Below, piece by piece: positions 11,474-24,499 of a stretch of 64,000 nt of DNA; position 1 is the first letter of the stretch, and each line of letters begins with the position of its first letter. Below the pieces are notes generated by a model. It was not told where the DNA came from, made no database searches, and worked only from the letters and a program-made list of their open reading frames with translations. The position numbers and the translations under genes are program-made. Origin of the DNA: Gekko japonicus (lineage: Eukaryota); assembly GCF_001447785.1 (NCBI RefSeq), contig NW_015167091.1, positions 37,869 to 101,868 on the forward strand, in the 5' to 3' direction.

Positions 11474-12137
11474 GGGAGCGGTGGCACAGGCAGTAAAGAC
11501 AGCCTGCAAGTAATCTATCAGCGATCAGCCATAAGGCTGTTCGAGACCCACCGTGGCCGGGGTGAGTTCCCGGCCTTGTCCCAGCTCCCGCCCACCCAGC
11601 AGTTCGTAAGCCTTGCAAGTAGATAAATGGGTACCGGCTCCTAGGTAGCAGGGGGCACCCTCCTCCCTACAGAGCGGTGTGCAGCAGGAGTGCCGGTGAA
11701 GCAACGGTGTGGTGTGGTGGCGACGTGCGGAGATCTGGGGACTCGGCAACCATGGCGAACAGCTGACGTCGAGCAGCGGCAGAATCCAGGTGAGGATTGG
11801 ACCGGGAGGCGTGGTGATGCAACGACGCAGCACGGCGGAGCTAATTGGACGTGTGCCGGAGCTGCAACCATCGCACAGCCGCACACCATGAAGACCTCGC
11901 CAGAAGGAGTTGCTGCGAACAAGACCTGCACCAAGACGCCGTCGCTAGGAGGTGAAGAGCCCACCATGAAAAGAGCCGAGAGAAAAAAGAGCCCTGCTGT
12001 CTGGGTGCTGGTAGGCATTCACCCTCCCCCCGTGAATTGTGGCCCTAGATAGGATATAATTAATCAAATGTAAACTGCTCCGAGCCTGTGGGAAGGAGCG
12101 GTATAGAAGCCGAATTAATAAATAAATAAATAAATAA
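11474..12137 (+). mobile_element. Composite SINE-like element (Sauria-like head, GC-rich body, L2-like tail)
   Basis: 5' part shares gagttccc..cttgtcccagctcc.gcc.acc.agcagttcg...gcaagtagataaat.ggtac with Sauria SINEs; 3' end tgtaaactgctccgagcc...ggagcggtata...(taaa)n resembles the L2 tail at 8530-8604. Confidence 0.65.
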
Positions 12138-12342
12138 TGCAACAAAACCAAAAAGCAGTCGTGTGGCAATTTACAGACTAGGAGATGTCCACTTTAGTGG
12201 ACTGGAGCTCACTATATCAGATCCATGAACTGTGTTATTAGGTGGTTGATGTATACATGTGGGTCTAGGAAAACATATTAATAAGGACAGCAACCAAATC
12301 CAATTCTAGTAACTTGCAACAACACAGTATTTCTGGGTAAAT

Positions 12343-13541
12343 TGTTAGCCAAATTGCCTCATATCTTAATAAATGTGGGGAATTATGAATATTAAGTGGC
12401 AATAGGCATTAACTATGGGACCACTAACCTATGTATACGGGAGTCCAACTTTAGCCAGATCCCAGAAATAGATGCTGAGACTAGATCTTAAGCAGTGATT
12501 TCTTTTACTGAAAGGATTCTCAAACACACAATATAAAATCAAATATACACACACACAATACAGATCTAGGAATTCAGATAGAAAGGTACAGAGACGTTTG
12601 CATTAGCAGGTAATATCGTTGATGGGCGATACTTTACCTGTCCAACGTGGTGAGTGGAATCTGCAGTGAAAAAGGAAATAACTGGGGGAGGGGAATCATG
12701 AGTTGCCAGCAACACACTGTGCAAGGAATGGAATCAGAAAGATAGGGTGGGGTTAGGAGTGTAGAAAGTGATCAGTGGGGTGATCCTCTCCTTTTATACC
12801 CTAAAATGACTGGAAGCTAATGCTTCATCTGTCATGTAGTCCCCATGAAGCATAACTACTATTAATGGGCTAGGAAAAAGGGATTTATCGTTGGGCAATT
12901 GAAATAGGGGTAGTGACATCTCTTTAAGGGGGAAGGGGAGATACAAGAGAGAGAGAAAAAATAGTAATGTCCCAACTCCATTGCCGGTAGTTGCTGTTAA
13001 ATCCAATGGTAAACAGCTGTGTTAGCTGGAAGGTGACTGCTTACTAATCCTATCATGAAAGGAGTTATTTCGTTGAGGCTGAAGTTGCCTACGTGCTTCA
13101 CCTGGAGATGTCAATATGCAGAGGTAGGGGGGAAAGGTGCCAACGTGATGGAGAAGAAAGCTTTCTATGGCGTCTGGGAAGGAATATCCAGGTTCCCTTT
13201 GCAGAGTGAGGCTTCTCTTTAGGGAGCTGCTGCTGGGTCTGTGTGTTTGTAGTGTCAGGGAGGCTGGCTTGCCTTATGTAATCTGGCTACAGTGATGCAG
13301 GAGCGAGAGGCATTGGGTCTTCCATGGGTTCACATCTGGTTAGACACATTGCTTCAGAACAAGATTCCCCTTGTCTGGGCACATGCCAACAGTCCAGTAG
13401 GGCGGCATTTTCTCATGGCTACTGTTCAGTCCAGTGCCCTGGCACACTATTCGCACAGTCCAGCTTTACAGTCATAGTCCATAACCTTTATAGATGCTGT
13501 ATAAGGTGGCAACATGGCAACAAAATTAAGCTGATCTAACA
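12343..13541 (-). mobile_element. Probable solo LTR (about 1.2 kb)
   Basis: Ends TGTTAG...CTAACA; minus-strand TATA (gtataaaagg, about 12790-12799) followed by AGTAAA (about 12504-12509). No clear TSD. Confidence 0.5.
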
Positions 13542-14015
13542 CCTGTGATGTCTGTAAAAAAAATTTACTGTTCAAACCTGGATTAATAAGATCTAACTTC
13601 CTGATAAATTCTAAATTGCAATTAAGAGTTTAAAGCCACTTTTAAACTTTGATACCATCAAGCAGTGATCTGGAGTCCTGGAAAAAGGAGGCAAGAAAAG
13701 AGAAGCAAAAAAGAAATAAACAAAACCCCCAGGGTTCTCTGTCATTCTGTAGTTCAGCAGTGTTAATAGGTTAATAGCTAGATCTCTCTCTCACATACAG
13801 AGAGATGTTTTGTAATCTAGCTACTCTGAAGTAGCTTTCTCAAGATATTGTTATAAAATTTTATCATCGTGTTTAACTATATTAGATGGTGCTGGGTGCA
13901 GCACAGTGGCCCTTAATGCAACTTGGAATCTAATTGTCATAGTACCATCTATCTGCAATTTCCACTGCGCCCCATTTTAAGCTGCTTTTACTGGAAGCTT
14001 TGCTACTTCATGACA

Positions 14016-14420
14016 AGAAGCGGGGACCCATGGTACTCACGGGAGGGGAGGAGCTCCATGTAGAGGAGGAAGCTGCCGCAGGTGAGCCTGCTCCCCTTCT
14101 CCCCAGCCCCTGCTTGGCCCCGACAGCGAGGCCCGCGCGGCTCCCAGCCGCTGGGCCCGCCAAACCTCCCCTGGCAGCGACAGCGAGGCCTGAGCTGCTA
14201 AGCCTTCTCTCTCCCCCCCAGCACTGGTGGCGGCGGGACAGTTCCCAGGGCGTTCTCTGCACATGTGCAGAGAATGCTCTTACTTTTGGGGGGATTTAAG
14301 TATCCCCCATATAGTTTTTTAAACTTTTCAGATTTTTCTGCAAATCTCTTTGCCCTCTAAGTGCCCCCGATGTGCGGATTTAGATATCCGTACAGAGGGG
14401 ACATCTTGACTATTAGTATA
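14016..14420 (-). mobile_element. Helitron-like element, second copy
   Basis: Reverse complement of 14250-14420 aligns with 1741-1950; GC-rich continuation to about 14016. Confidence 0.45.
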
Positions 14421-15025
14421 CAGATTTTCAGATCAGCTCCCTTAGAGAAAATGGCAGCTTTGGAGGGTGGACTCTATGGCATCATAGTGTCTCTGATATG
14501 TCTCCCCTCCCCAAACTCGCCTCTCCTAGGTGCCACCCTGATCTGGAGTTTGTACCCTAGGTTTCCCAGTTGCTGGTACAGCTGGTATGGCAGGTTTTCC
14601 TGCTGTTTCCCTTCCCCAATCCTCCAGCAGCAGTGACACTTCCCCCAGGCCACAAGGGCTTTTGCAGTTTTTTAAAGGTTAGCATTAGAATACTGTTATA
14701 ATTTTTAAAAATAGTTTTTATTTTATTGAATTAGCTCAAATACAAGTAAGTAGCTTAAATTTTTAGAAATGCATATCCAAAACAAAGCAATTAAGCAATA
14801 CCGAACTTTTGCAATAAAGAGTAATATGAATACTTGATCAAGTTTGTGCTTTCCAAAAGTAGCTATAAACATTATAACATATATATATATACTGTTGTAA
14901 CTGTAGACATATCAGCTTCTCTGAATTTCCAACTTCCTTCCTTTCTTTCTTTTTAAAAATTAAAGCTATAGTCTCTTTGATGGTATGCCCTTTTCGTTAT
15001 ATCTCCACAATGGAAGGAGTTAGAG

Positions 15026-15733
15026 CAGGGGTGGCCAAACTGCAGCTCGGGAGCCACATGCAGCTTCTTTCACACATATTGTGTGGCTCCTGGCAGGGAA
15101 GCTGGGGAAGCGAAGGGGAGACATGCCTCCCAGATTGGTCTTCCCTTCCCCAGCCAGTGTTCCCCTCCCTAGGTAAGCTTGAGATGGGGGGGAGCAGAGA
15201 AAGAAAGCAACTTTAAATGCATTCTCAAATGTATTTTCTCTCTCTCTTAGACAAATATCATTAGCAAACAAATAAACATAATTGGACAAATAAGTATTAT
15301 CAATATCTGTTTTTACCCCTTTTGTTTTTATTTTGGCAGTCTCATTTAATGTTAATAAAAAGCAGATCTGCATATTTTTCAATAAAACCCTGCGTGTGAT
15401 TAAGTGTGCGGACTCTAATCTGGGAGAACCGGGTTTGATTCCCCACTCCTCCACTTGCACCTGGCTGGATGACCTTGGCCAAGCCATAGCTCTGATAAGA
15501 GCTGTCCTTGAAAAAGAGTAGTTTTTATCAAGAGCTCTCTCAGCCCCACCTACCTCACAGGGTGTCTGTTGTGGGGAGGGGAAGGGAAAGGAGTTTGTAA
15601 GCCGCTCTGAGACACCTTTGGGTAGTCACGGGCGGGGTATAAATCCAATCTCTTCTCTTCATGTCTTGCAGCTCTGGAACATCTGACATTTATTCTATGT
15701 GGCTCGTATGTTAAGCAAGTTTGGCCACTCCTG
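15026..15733 (+). mobile_element. hAT MITE carrying an inserted SINE
   Basis: TIRs caggggtggccaaac / gtttggccactcctg; degenerate 8-bp TSD agttagag/ggttagaa; same family as 44853-45571. Confidence 0.85.
15392..15660 (+). mobile_element. Squam3-like tRNA SINE (5'-truncated)
   Basis: Matches 36622-36890 (ctctaatctgggagaaccgggtttgattcccc...cccacctacctcacagggtgtctgttgtgggg). Confidence 0.8.
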
Positions 15734-16547
15734 GGTTAGAAGCTAAAAGAAATAAAAACTGAAAATTCAGAGAACTACTACTACACCTATTGTTACAACA
15801 GTATATCAGTAATTTATGATATTCTAGGTTTGATTGTGTGTGTGTAGTTTCCTGGTGACTGGGGAAGGAAATTCCTGGGGGTAGGCAAAGTCAGGGAAAA
15901 TAGCTACTATATGGCCTGGAAAATATTAATTTTCCCATCCAAACACCAGCCATTAGGGGGCTTTACTGCGATCCTTCCCAAAACTTCAGAGTAAAGCAAA
16001 GTTTGAAAGGATCAGAGGAACTCTGGGGAAACCCTCGTAGGTGCACAAATGTACAACACTGTAGGAAAAACAAGAAACTAAAACTAGCTTGCCTAAAGCA
16101 TTGAACTTTGAGCAGATAACCAGAGCGAAATACTCAAGGTGGATGCAAGAAAAAGACAATATAATGGGATGTACTAAAATGAAAGTCAGGATTGTACATC
16201 CCCAATATAATACATACAAATAAACAGTGCACTAAGACTTGATTACATACTTTAATAACAATAAAATAAAAAACACAACCGATAAAAATACATAAAAGAA
16301 AACTGTCTAATCTAAATTATAAGGCACTAAAGCTACGATCCCCATTCATTTTCTAAAAAGCGTCCTCTTGAACTACCCTGTATTTTAGTTCCATATCAGA
16401 TTTCCTGTTGTTGTTTGTTAAGAGTTTGTTGTTGTTGTAAATCACAGCAGGACCCAACCCTGTTGCGTTTTTCTCAGTCCATTCCTCGAGCTTTGAAATT
16501 GATTACTTGGAAACCAGAGTCCTTGCACCGTTTGATCTGTTTCTTAG

Positions 16548-16643
16548 ACTACAAGTCCCATGACTCTCAGCGAAGTTCTTCGGTTGCCATAGTAACAGGG
16601 AATCTAAAACAACTTTATCCGCCAATGCTTTCAAACGTACCAG
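16548..16643 (+). promoter_or_regulatory. Putative LCA5L promoter and non-coding first exon
   Basis: ACTACAagTCCCA (ZNF143/SBS-type) at 16548-16560, RFX X-box GTTGCCATAGTAAC at 16583-16596, donor CAG|gtaacg at 16643/16644, local CpG enrichment. Confidence 0.65.
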
Positions 16644-17464
16644 GTAACGTGAAGAGAGCGGTTGGGGTGGAAACTTCTTTCTTCGTACGGGAAGGAAAGT
16701 TTAAGTTTAGTGAAGCTCTGTAGTGTGTGAGGGGGAAATAGAGTTGTTATTGGGTACGAGCGGGTCACAAAGGCCGGGGAAGTAATACATACGGAGGGAG
16801 TACGACCTGTGGAAGTTTTTCGTAGGATGCGGTGGGAGGGAAGCAGCGCTTGGCTCGCTCTCTTTTTGCCGTCAAGTCGCAGCTGACTTGTGGCGACCCC
16901 ATAGGGTTTGGGGGCGGTTTTTCTCGCTTACATTGGCCCGTAATTACCACAGCGGAGAAGAGAGTGCTCGTGCCCCTCTGAGTTAGCAGCGTTTATGTAC
17001 ACATCTCCATGGTTCATTGAAGTCATACGAAAACAGCTGTTCCTAAATATTATACATCTGATTTTAAAAACTTTTTCTTCACTTTACATAGTCATTAGAT
17101 CCTGTTGAATCTAATGTTTAGCATTTTGCCTTTGTCAGAACTCTTTGATAATATGGCATCTCCTTTTTGGTTATTTCTTCTCTTAAGTGCTGCATATTAT
17201 CCTAGCCCTGTTTTGTTATCCTGCATAACTTTCCCTCACTCTTCTGGCCAGTTTTTCTGTCATTTCATGTTTATAAATGTATTTCTCAGTCTTTTATGCT
17301 TTTTGCTGTCAAGCCTTTCCAAAATGAAGATCTACTCACGTTTCTTATGTCTTTTATATACAAATCAACCGTTCATCAAGCTAAGCGCATTTTTACAGGT
17401 ATTAAAGCTAATGCTTAAGATTCAGGATCTCTGTTTCTTTGTGGACTTCTGCAGTAGCAAGGAA

Positions 17465-19415
17465 TAAGAACTTAAGAAAAGCCATACTGGATCAGACCAA
17501 AGGCCCATCTAGTCCTGCTTTCTGTTCACATAATGGCCAACCAGCTATCTCTAGGAATCCCACAAATGGGATTATTGCAACAAAATTATCCTGCCTGTGT
17601 TCCCCAGCAAGTGATTTAGAGGCATACTATCCTCTGGTACAAGAGGGAATAGATAGAATAGAATAGCCGTGTGAAGAAATACTTCCCTTCGTTGGTCCTG
17701 AATCTCCCACCCTTCAGCAGATTAACCTGGCTTCTAGTATTATGGGAGAGGGAGAAAAGTTTCTGTTTACTTTCTCCACGCCATGTGTAATTTTATAAAC
17801 CTCTAGAATGTCTCCTCTCTTACTCTCCTTTTTTCTAGGCTTAACAGCCCCAAGCATTTTAACCAATCCTGACAGGGCAGCTGCTTTAGCCCCCTGATCA
17901 TTTTGGTTGATTGTTCTACATCTTTACACTTTTTCAGTTGGGGGGACCAGAACTGTACAAAATATTCCAATTGTGGTCTCAGCACAGATTTGTATAGGGC
18001 AATATGATAGTGGCAGTTTTATTCTCCATTCCTGTTCTAATTATGGCCTGTATGGAATTTGTATTTTTCACAGCCCTTGTGCACTTGGTTAACATTTTTA
18101 TCAAGCTATCCACTACCACCTCAAGGTCTCTTCTTTGGTCTGTTGCTGCCAGTTCAGATTCCATCAGTGTATATGTGAAGTTGGGATTATTTGCCCCAAT
18201 ACGCATCACTTGAAGTTGAAAAGCACCGGTCCCCGTACAGCTCCCTGAGGGACCCTGCTGCTCACATTCCTCCATTGTGAGAACTGACCATCCTCTTTGT
18301 GTTTTTAGCTCGTTTCCAATCTCCTCTTATCCCATTACTCTGATTTGCTCAGGAGTCTTTGGTGGGGGATGTCATCAAAAGCCTCCTGGAAATCCAAATA
18401 AACTATGTCTACCAGCTCATTCCTGCCCATATGTTTATTGACACTTTCAAAGAACTGCAAAAGGTTACTGAGACAGGACTTACCTTTGTAGAAGCCATGA
18501 TGTGTTTTATCCAGCAGGGCTTGTCCTATGTGCTTGACAGTTTTATATTTCATAATGCTTTCCATCAATTTACCTAGAACATATTGTTAAACTAACTGGC
18601 CTGTAATTTTCTGGATTGCCCCCCCCATCCCTTTTTTAAAATGGGAGTTACATGGAACACTCTCCAGTCCTCTGGTACAGAGGCTGATTTTAGAAGCATG
18701 TTGCATATCTTAGTTGAAAATCAGAAGTTTCATATTTGAGTTTTTTAAGAAGTCTAGGATGGATTCCATCTGGTCCTGGTGATTTGTTAGCTTGTGATTT
18801 GTCTATAAATTCTAGAACTTCCTCTCTTGTTGCCGCTATTTGCCTAAGCTCCCCTCCTCCCCTCCTGAAAACATCCATTCAGGAACAGGTATTAGCCTTA
18901 TATTTTCAGCAGTGAAGACAGATGAGAAGACTTAATTTAGTTTCTCAGCAATTGCCTTATCGTCCTTTAGAACTCCTTCATTTCTATCCACATCTAATGG
19001 TCCAACTGCTTCCTTAGCTAGTTTCCTGCTTCCAATGTATTTAAAGAATTCTTTATTGTTGGTCTTTATGCTTTTAGTGATATGATCCTCAGAATCCTTT
19101 TTTTCATGCCTAAGTGTGTGCTTGCATTGCCTTTGTGCTACTTTATGTTGGTTTTCGTTTGCCATGTTTGGGTAAACCTTTCAGTTTCTGATGGAAACCT
19201 TTTTCACTATAATAGCTTCCCTCACTCTGCTCATTAGCCATGTTGACCTCTTAGATCTTTGTACTACATTTCTAGTATGAAGGTTTTGAGTAACCTCCCC
19301 AGCCCTTTCAAGTGATTTGACCCGCTTAGCTGTTCCATTTAACCTATTTTTTTAAACCAGATCTTAGGAAAGTTTCCTCTTTTGAAGTCAAATATGACTA
19401 TGTTGGAGTTCCCTG
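17465..19415 (-). mobile_element. CR1 LINE, decayed ORF2 and 3' tail
   Basis: KSPGPDGIHPRLLK, HGFYKGKSCLSNL, VDIVYLDFQEAFD, RPQLEY..QFWSP motifs; the minus-strand tail reads taagaacttaagaa on the + strand at 17465. Confidence 0.9.
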
Positions 19416-19854
19416 GCACTTTCTACATGAATAATTTGCCACCAACCTCCATAGTATTTTCCTGGGGACAGATAGCCTGAAAGAAGAGTTTCTCATGTAG
19501 GTTTAAATATTTCACCACATATATTATATTGGTATTATTAACTCCTCCCCCCAGGAGATCAGAGGCCAAACCTTGTACAATGAGAATTGCAATGCTGGAA
19601 ACACGTACTCTATCTTACAAGCACATCCCATCTTCTGAAAACAAATCATATAGTAAATTAGACATATGTTATGAAGGTGTGTTGGTATGGAAACGGGAGG
19701 GTGAGAGAACTACTTACCAGAGCATACAGGAGGAATCCTAGAGTGATATATAGCGTGATTTCCAGATCTAATTTAAATATCTTGTTATTCCTGCCCGTTT
19801 TATAAATAACTGACAATCTTTCTGTCTTTCAGTAGATTATGTCTCTTGATCACT

Positions 19855-20302
19855 ATGTATTCTAACAACGGAATCACGGCCTCAGATGACTGTTTTCTCC
19901 GTTTTATAGTCCAGGATGATGAATGTGAACGACATGCAAGAAATGAAAGCCTGAGTGATTCTCCTAACAGAATCTATAAGGGCACCCAAAGCAACAGTTG
20001 CAATAAAGTTAATAATTGTAGCAAACATACCACCCAGTGTGGAAGTGGATGTTTTCAGCTTGACCATTCCAATGACTTTCATGCTAATGCTTCAAGAAGT
20101 GCTAGCAGCAATAGCAGCAGCTGTTCAGAACGGAACAACTGTGGAAGTTCTCAGAAGTGCTATTGTGAAGACTTTCACACAGATTCTTCAGGAAGTGTTA
20201 GTAGTAACAGTAGCAGAAGCAGCAGCAGTCATTTAGACCAACCAGAAACCAAAAAGGTGGAATTACCAAAGGAGAAAAAAGAAAACGGTCACCAAGCAAA
20301 AG
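19855..20302 (+). CDS. LCA5L: LCA5L (lebercilin-like) coding exon 1
   Basis: Acceptor tttcag/tag at 19832/19835; first in-frame ATG at 19855; Ser-rich N-terminus; phase-1 donor AAAG|gtgaga that joins in frame to the next exon. Start codon uncertain. Confidence 0.8.
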
Positions 20303-22100
20303 GTGAGAAGACATTTGGCAGCATGAACACTACTAAGTTGGTGTGTAGGTGACAGATTACTGTTAACGTTAATGAAGTTCAGGGCTTTGGTAGCATATTG
20401 GCTATTGTGGTGCTTCTTCACTTTTATTGGTAAAGTGTCTGACATCTTTGGCTGCATCAAATGCTAAGTTTTACGTACCTGGGAGCCACCTCTGTAATAA
20501 GAAAAGAGCATTAAACCAGTGTGTTAGACCATCTCGTATTCATGACCATATTTGCTGCCATGAATTGGAAGCCAGGGTATTGGTTAGATTGTCAGACTAG
20601 GACCAGGGAGACTTGAGTTCAAAACCTCATTGTCTCACTGGTTGACTTTGGACCAGGCAGGATCTTACAGCATAATGTGTCTCACAGGACTTCATGAGTA
20701 TAAAAGGGACACACACCCTGTGCAGTAGCCCAAACACCTTAGATGAAGGGTGGGGTATAACATTTCAGGGCTATGACAAAAAATGGCAGCAGCTATTGCA
20801 TCTTTTTTGGGGGAATGGGGTAGTAAAAATGTGCCAAGTGAGTTGGCATATGGGTTCATATACTAAGAACTGGTAGTATATTAAGACCTGAGAAGAATTA
20901 TTTTAGAGTTACCTTTTATCCTAGCTCATTCTGAAAAGGTAATGGCCTATATGCTGTCATTTGACTCAGCAAAGTTTGAAACCTTTCTCAAGCCTAAGAA
21001 GCCTTTGTCCAATTTAAATGGTTCTTCCACTAGAAGAAAAGCCACAAGTTGAAAGAAGGCTGCTTGGTCTGCAGGAAGACTTCAAACTGCTGAGCAGAAT
21101 GGCAGGATACAGGCCATTGTGTTAGAATAAAAGATGCCCCTTGAATTTATTTTACAACTTATCCACCAAGAAATCTTCTCCAAAGAATACTGAACCTTAA
21201 CTGACTTGTTTATCTGTAGACTTCCTTCCAACCACAAAAGTCCTCCATCATCATCTAGTTGATCAACTTGAGGTCTAGGAATTAACTATAGCTTCCGCTC
21301 CTACCATTAACAAACCCTTGATCTCTGGAAAGATGCTAAAGTATTATTTCAGTAACTTTTTTATTTTTACCTGGCTATTTTGACTTTGCAGTGTCTTTAA
21401 ACAAAAAGGATATCTAGAATTTGTTTAGCTGTTTCAGCCTATTTTATTTTCTGTGATGTAGTAACTAGTCCATATAAGCTATTGAAATTTGAATGTTCCT
21501 ATTGCTTATCCCACAGTGATCATACCTGTCTCTTTCTACCATTTAACTAGACAAACATTTATCCCTTCATATTTGCTGCTTTGCACCCCAGGAAGTATTA
21601 TAACCCTTTGTTCCTCACATTTCCTCCTGGCAGTTATGGAAACCCACTGCGCTCGTTGTGTGCCATGCTTGGAGTTCCCCATTCCTATAGACATGTAATA
21701 TATATAACCCAGTATGTGTGCATGATTCAGCATAATAAAGCTGAAATATCACTTGAATATATCTGCATATATGTTTGCATATATGAAGGAATCTACATCT
21801 CGTGAATCCCCAACAGCTTACAATGCTTTTTTACCTGATTATGAGCATGAGGATGAAGAAGGTTTTTCAGAGAGGTGTCCATGAAGCAAAAAGCACTGTT
21901 CTGAGAATCTCAAGATCTGTTTATTAACAGAACTGTAACTTTTTGAAAGAAGCATTCATAGAGATACTCTTGCATCAAGAGATAAACTGGACAAAATAGG
22001 TAAATGAACATGTCTGTGCAGTGGATATGAAAGCCTAAAATATTTAAACATTCCTTTGGTTGAATTTCATTGTTTCTGAAATGTAATTGATACCCAGTAA

Positions 22101-22712
<612 letters not shown>

Positions 22713-22904
22713 TGAATCATTCTATATGAGGATGATGCTAGAGTTCTGATGTATGAGTTCTCCCATGCAGCTGCTGCTTGGATGTGTCATGGGAGCACCC
22801 TTTCATATGGGAGATAACAGTGATATTTTTCTAAAGCCTGTTAGGCAGATTAAATAGTATTGCTCAAGGATGTGTAACTGATACCAGAGGGTACTATTTC
22901 TGAA

Positions 22905-23185
22905 TAAGAAGAAGAGAGAGAAGATTTGATTTATACCCCGCCCTTCACTTGGAGTCTCAGAGCAGCTTACAAACTCCTTTCCCTTTCCCTTCCCCTCCCC
23001 ACAACAGACACTCTGTGAGGTAGGTGGGGCTGAGAGAGCTCTTTCAAGAACTGCTCTTTCAAGGACAGCTCTTGTCAAAACTATGGCTTGCCCAAGGTTA
23101 TCCAGCAGCTGCAAGTGGAGGGGTGGGAATCAGACCCAGTTCTCCCAGATTAGAGTCCACACACTTAACCACTACACCAAATAAG
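22905..23185 (-). mobile_element. Squam3-like SINE
   Basis: Reverse complement of the 36622-36890 family. Confidence 0.8.
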
Positions 23186-23382
23186 CATGCTTGGGACCAC
23201 AGTCTTAATCTCAATTCTTTGTCTGTTAAATGAATTTTTCATGAACAAACACCCTATTATCACTAAAATCAATTGGGGGGGTCATTCATCAAGTGCAGTT
23301 TTTGAACTAGTAGTATATCTAACTACTGAACAGCAGAATAAACCTGAGGTATGTGTCAGGATGTTTCAGAGCATGACAGTCA

Positions 23383-23826
23383 GGCCCCTGCCACACGGCA
23401 GGGAAAACACTGGGAAAAGTGCGGCTTTTAAAAGCCGCACCAAAGTTGAGACGCCGCGGCGGGATCCCACAGATCCCCTGAGCCGCGGCGCGTCGCTCCC
23501 CGGCACAATCAGATGCCGGGGAGGAAGACACGAATGGGAGGGGGAGGCTGCCAAACTGCGCATGCTCGAGCATGCGCAGTACGCCCGGGGCCCGGGGATG
23601 CGCCGGCGCAAGGACGCGCCAGCAATCCCACAGCCAGATTTGAGCCACTCTTCTCCAAAGAACCACCTAGGTAGGTGGTTCTTTTTTAGTGCGGGGTTTT
23701 GGGCGGGAGGGACGGATCGGGGACGGACAGGCAACGATTCCCAGATGTTGCCGTGGGATCGCGCCCGTTTGCTCCACCCCTGATCCGTCCCGCTCCCGGC
23801 CCAAAACCCCTCGTGCAAACAGGGCC
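23383..23826. mobile_element. PIF/Harbinger-type MITE
   Basis: Imperfect TIRs ggcccctgccacacg / cgtgcaaacagggcc, 3-bp TSD TCA, CpG-rich, central 26-bp palindrome at 23555-23580. Confidence 0.7.
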
Positions 23827-24499
23827 TCAGTAAACTATCCTAAGTTTACAGCATGCACAGATACACACATATGATTCTGGCTGGAGGAAGCCTCCTATTC
23901 ACTTCAGTGTCCAAGGAACCCTGCATGCCAGATTTGTAAGCCTCTTGAGTTGATGCCCATACTAGCTGCTATAGAAAGAGAGTATTATTTTTTTTCTAAA
24001 TTTCATAAGAGGCAGAGAAAGACTCATGTGTGTGTTCCCAGCCAGTGTGATTTAGTGTTGAAAGGGACTAGGACTGAGGAGGCTAGGATTCAAATCTCCA
24101 CTCAGACATGAAACTCACTGTGATGACATCTCCAGATTCTGCCCCCCCCCCCCCCCCGTTTTCTCCTGCTGGTTCATTGAGTGGCAGCAGGGAATGGGGG
24201 TGCTTTGGTGGGGGGGTTGTGCAGCAGAAATGGGCAGATGGCACTATTGCCTGCTGCTTAGGATCCTGGCTGTCACGCTCTCAACTTGGCCTGTCTCACA
24301 GGTTTCTCGAGAGGGTGAAATGGAAAAGGGAGTACAATGTATGTTGCTTTGAGCTCCTTAAAGGAAGGGCTGGATAAAAATGGATTAGATTTTCCATCTG
24401 CCTTGTGTTCAGAGTGTGAATCAATGGGTTTCCTTTTTGTGGAGGCTATCCGTTTATCTCTACCACAACTTTCTATCACTAGGCTTTTGAATATCTTCA

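Noticed and set aside
11525-12052. Overlapping 119-125 aa ORFs on both strands
   Set aside because: GC-rich repeat body with few stop codons; no recognisable protein features.
19882-20236. Hydrophobic alternative-frame and antisense ORFs over LCA5L exon 1
   Set aside because: Shadow frames of the AGC/AGT-rich serine-coding exon; no real ATG context or splice support.
23187-23818. 198-aa and 150-aa ORFs
   Set aside because: Run through a GC-rich MITE.
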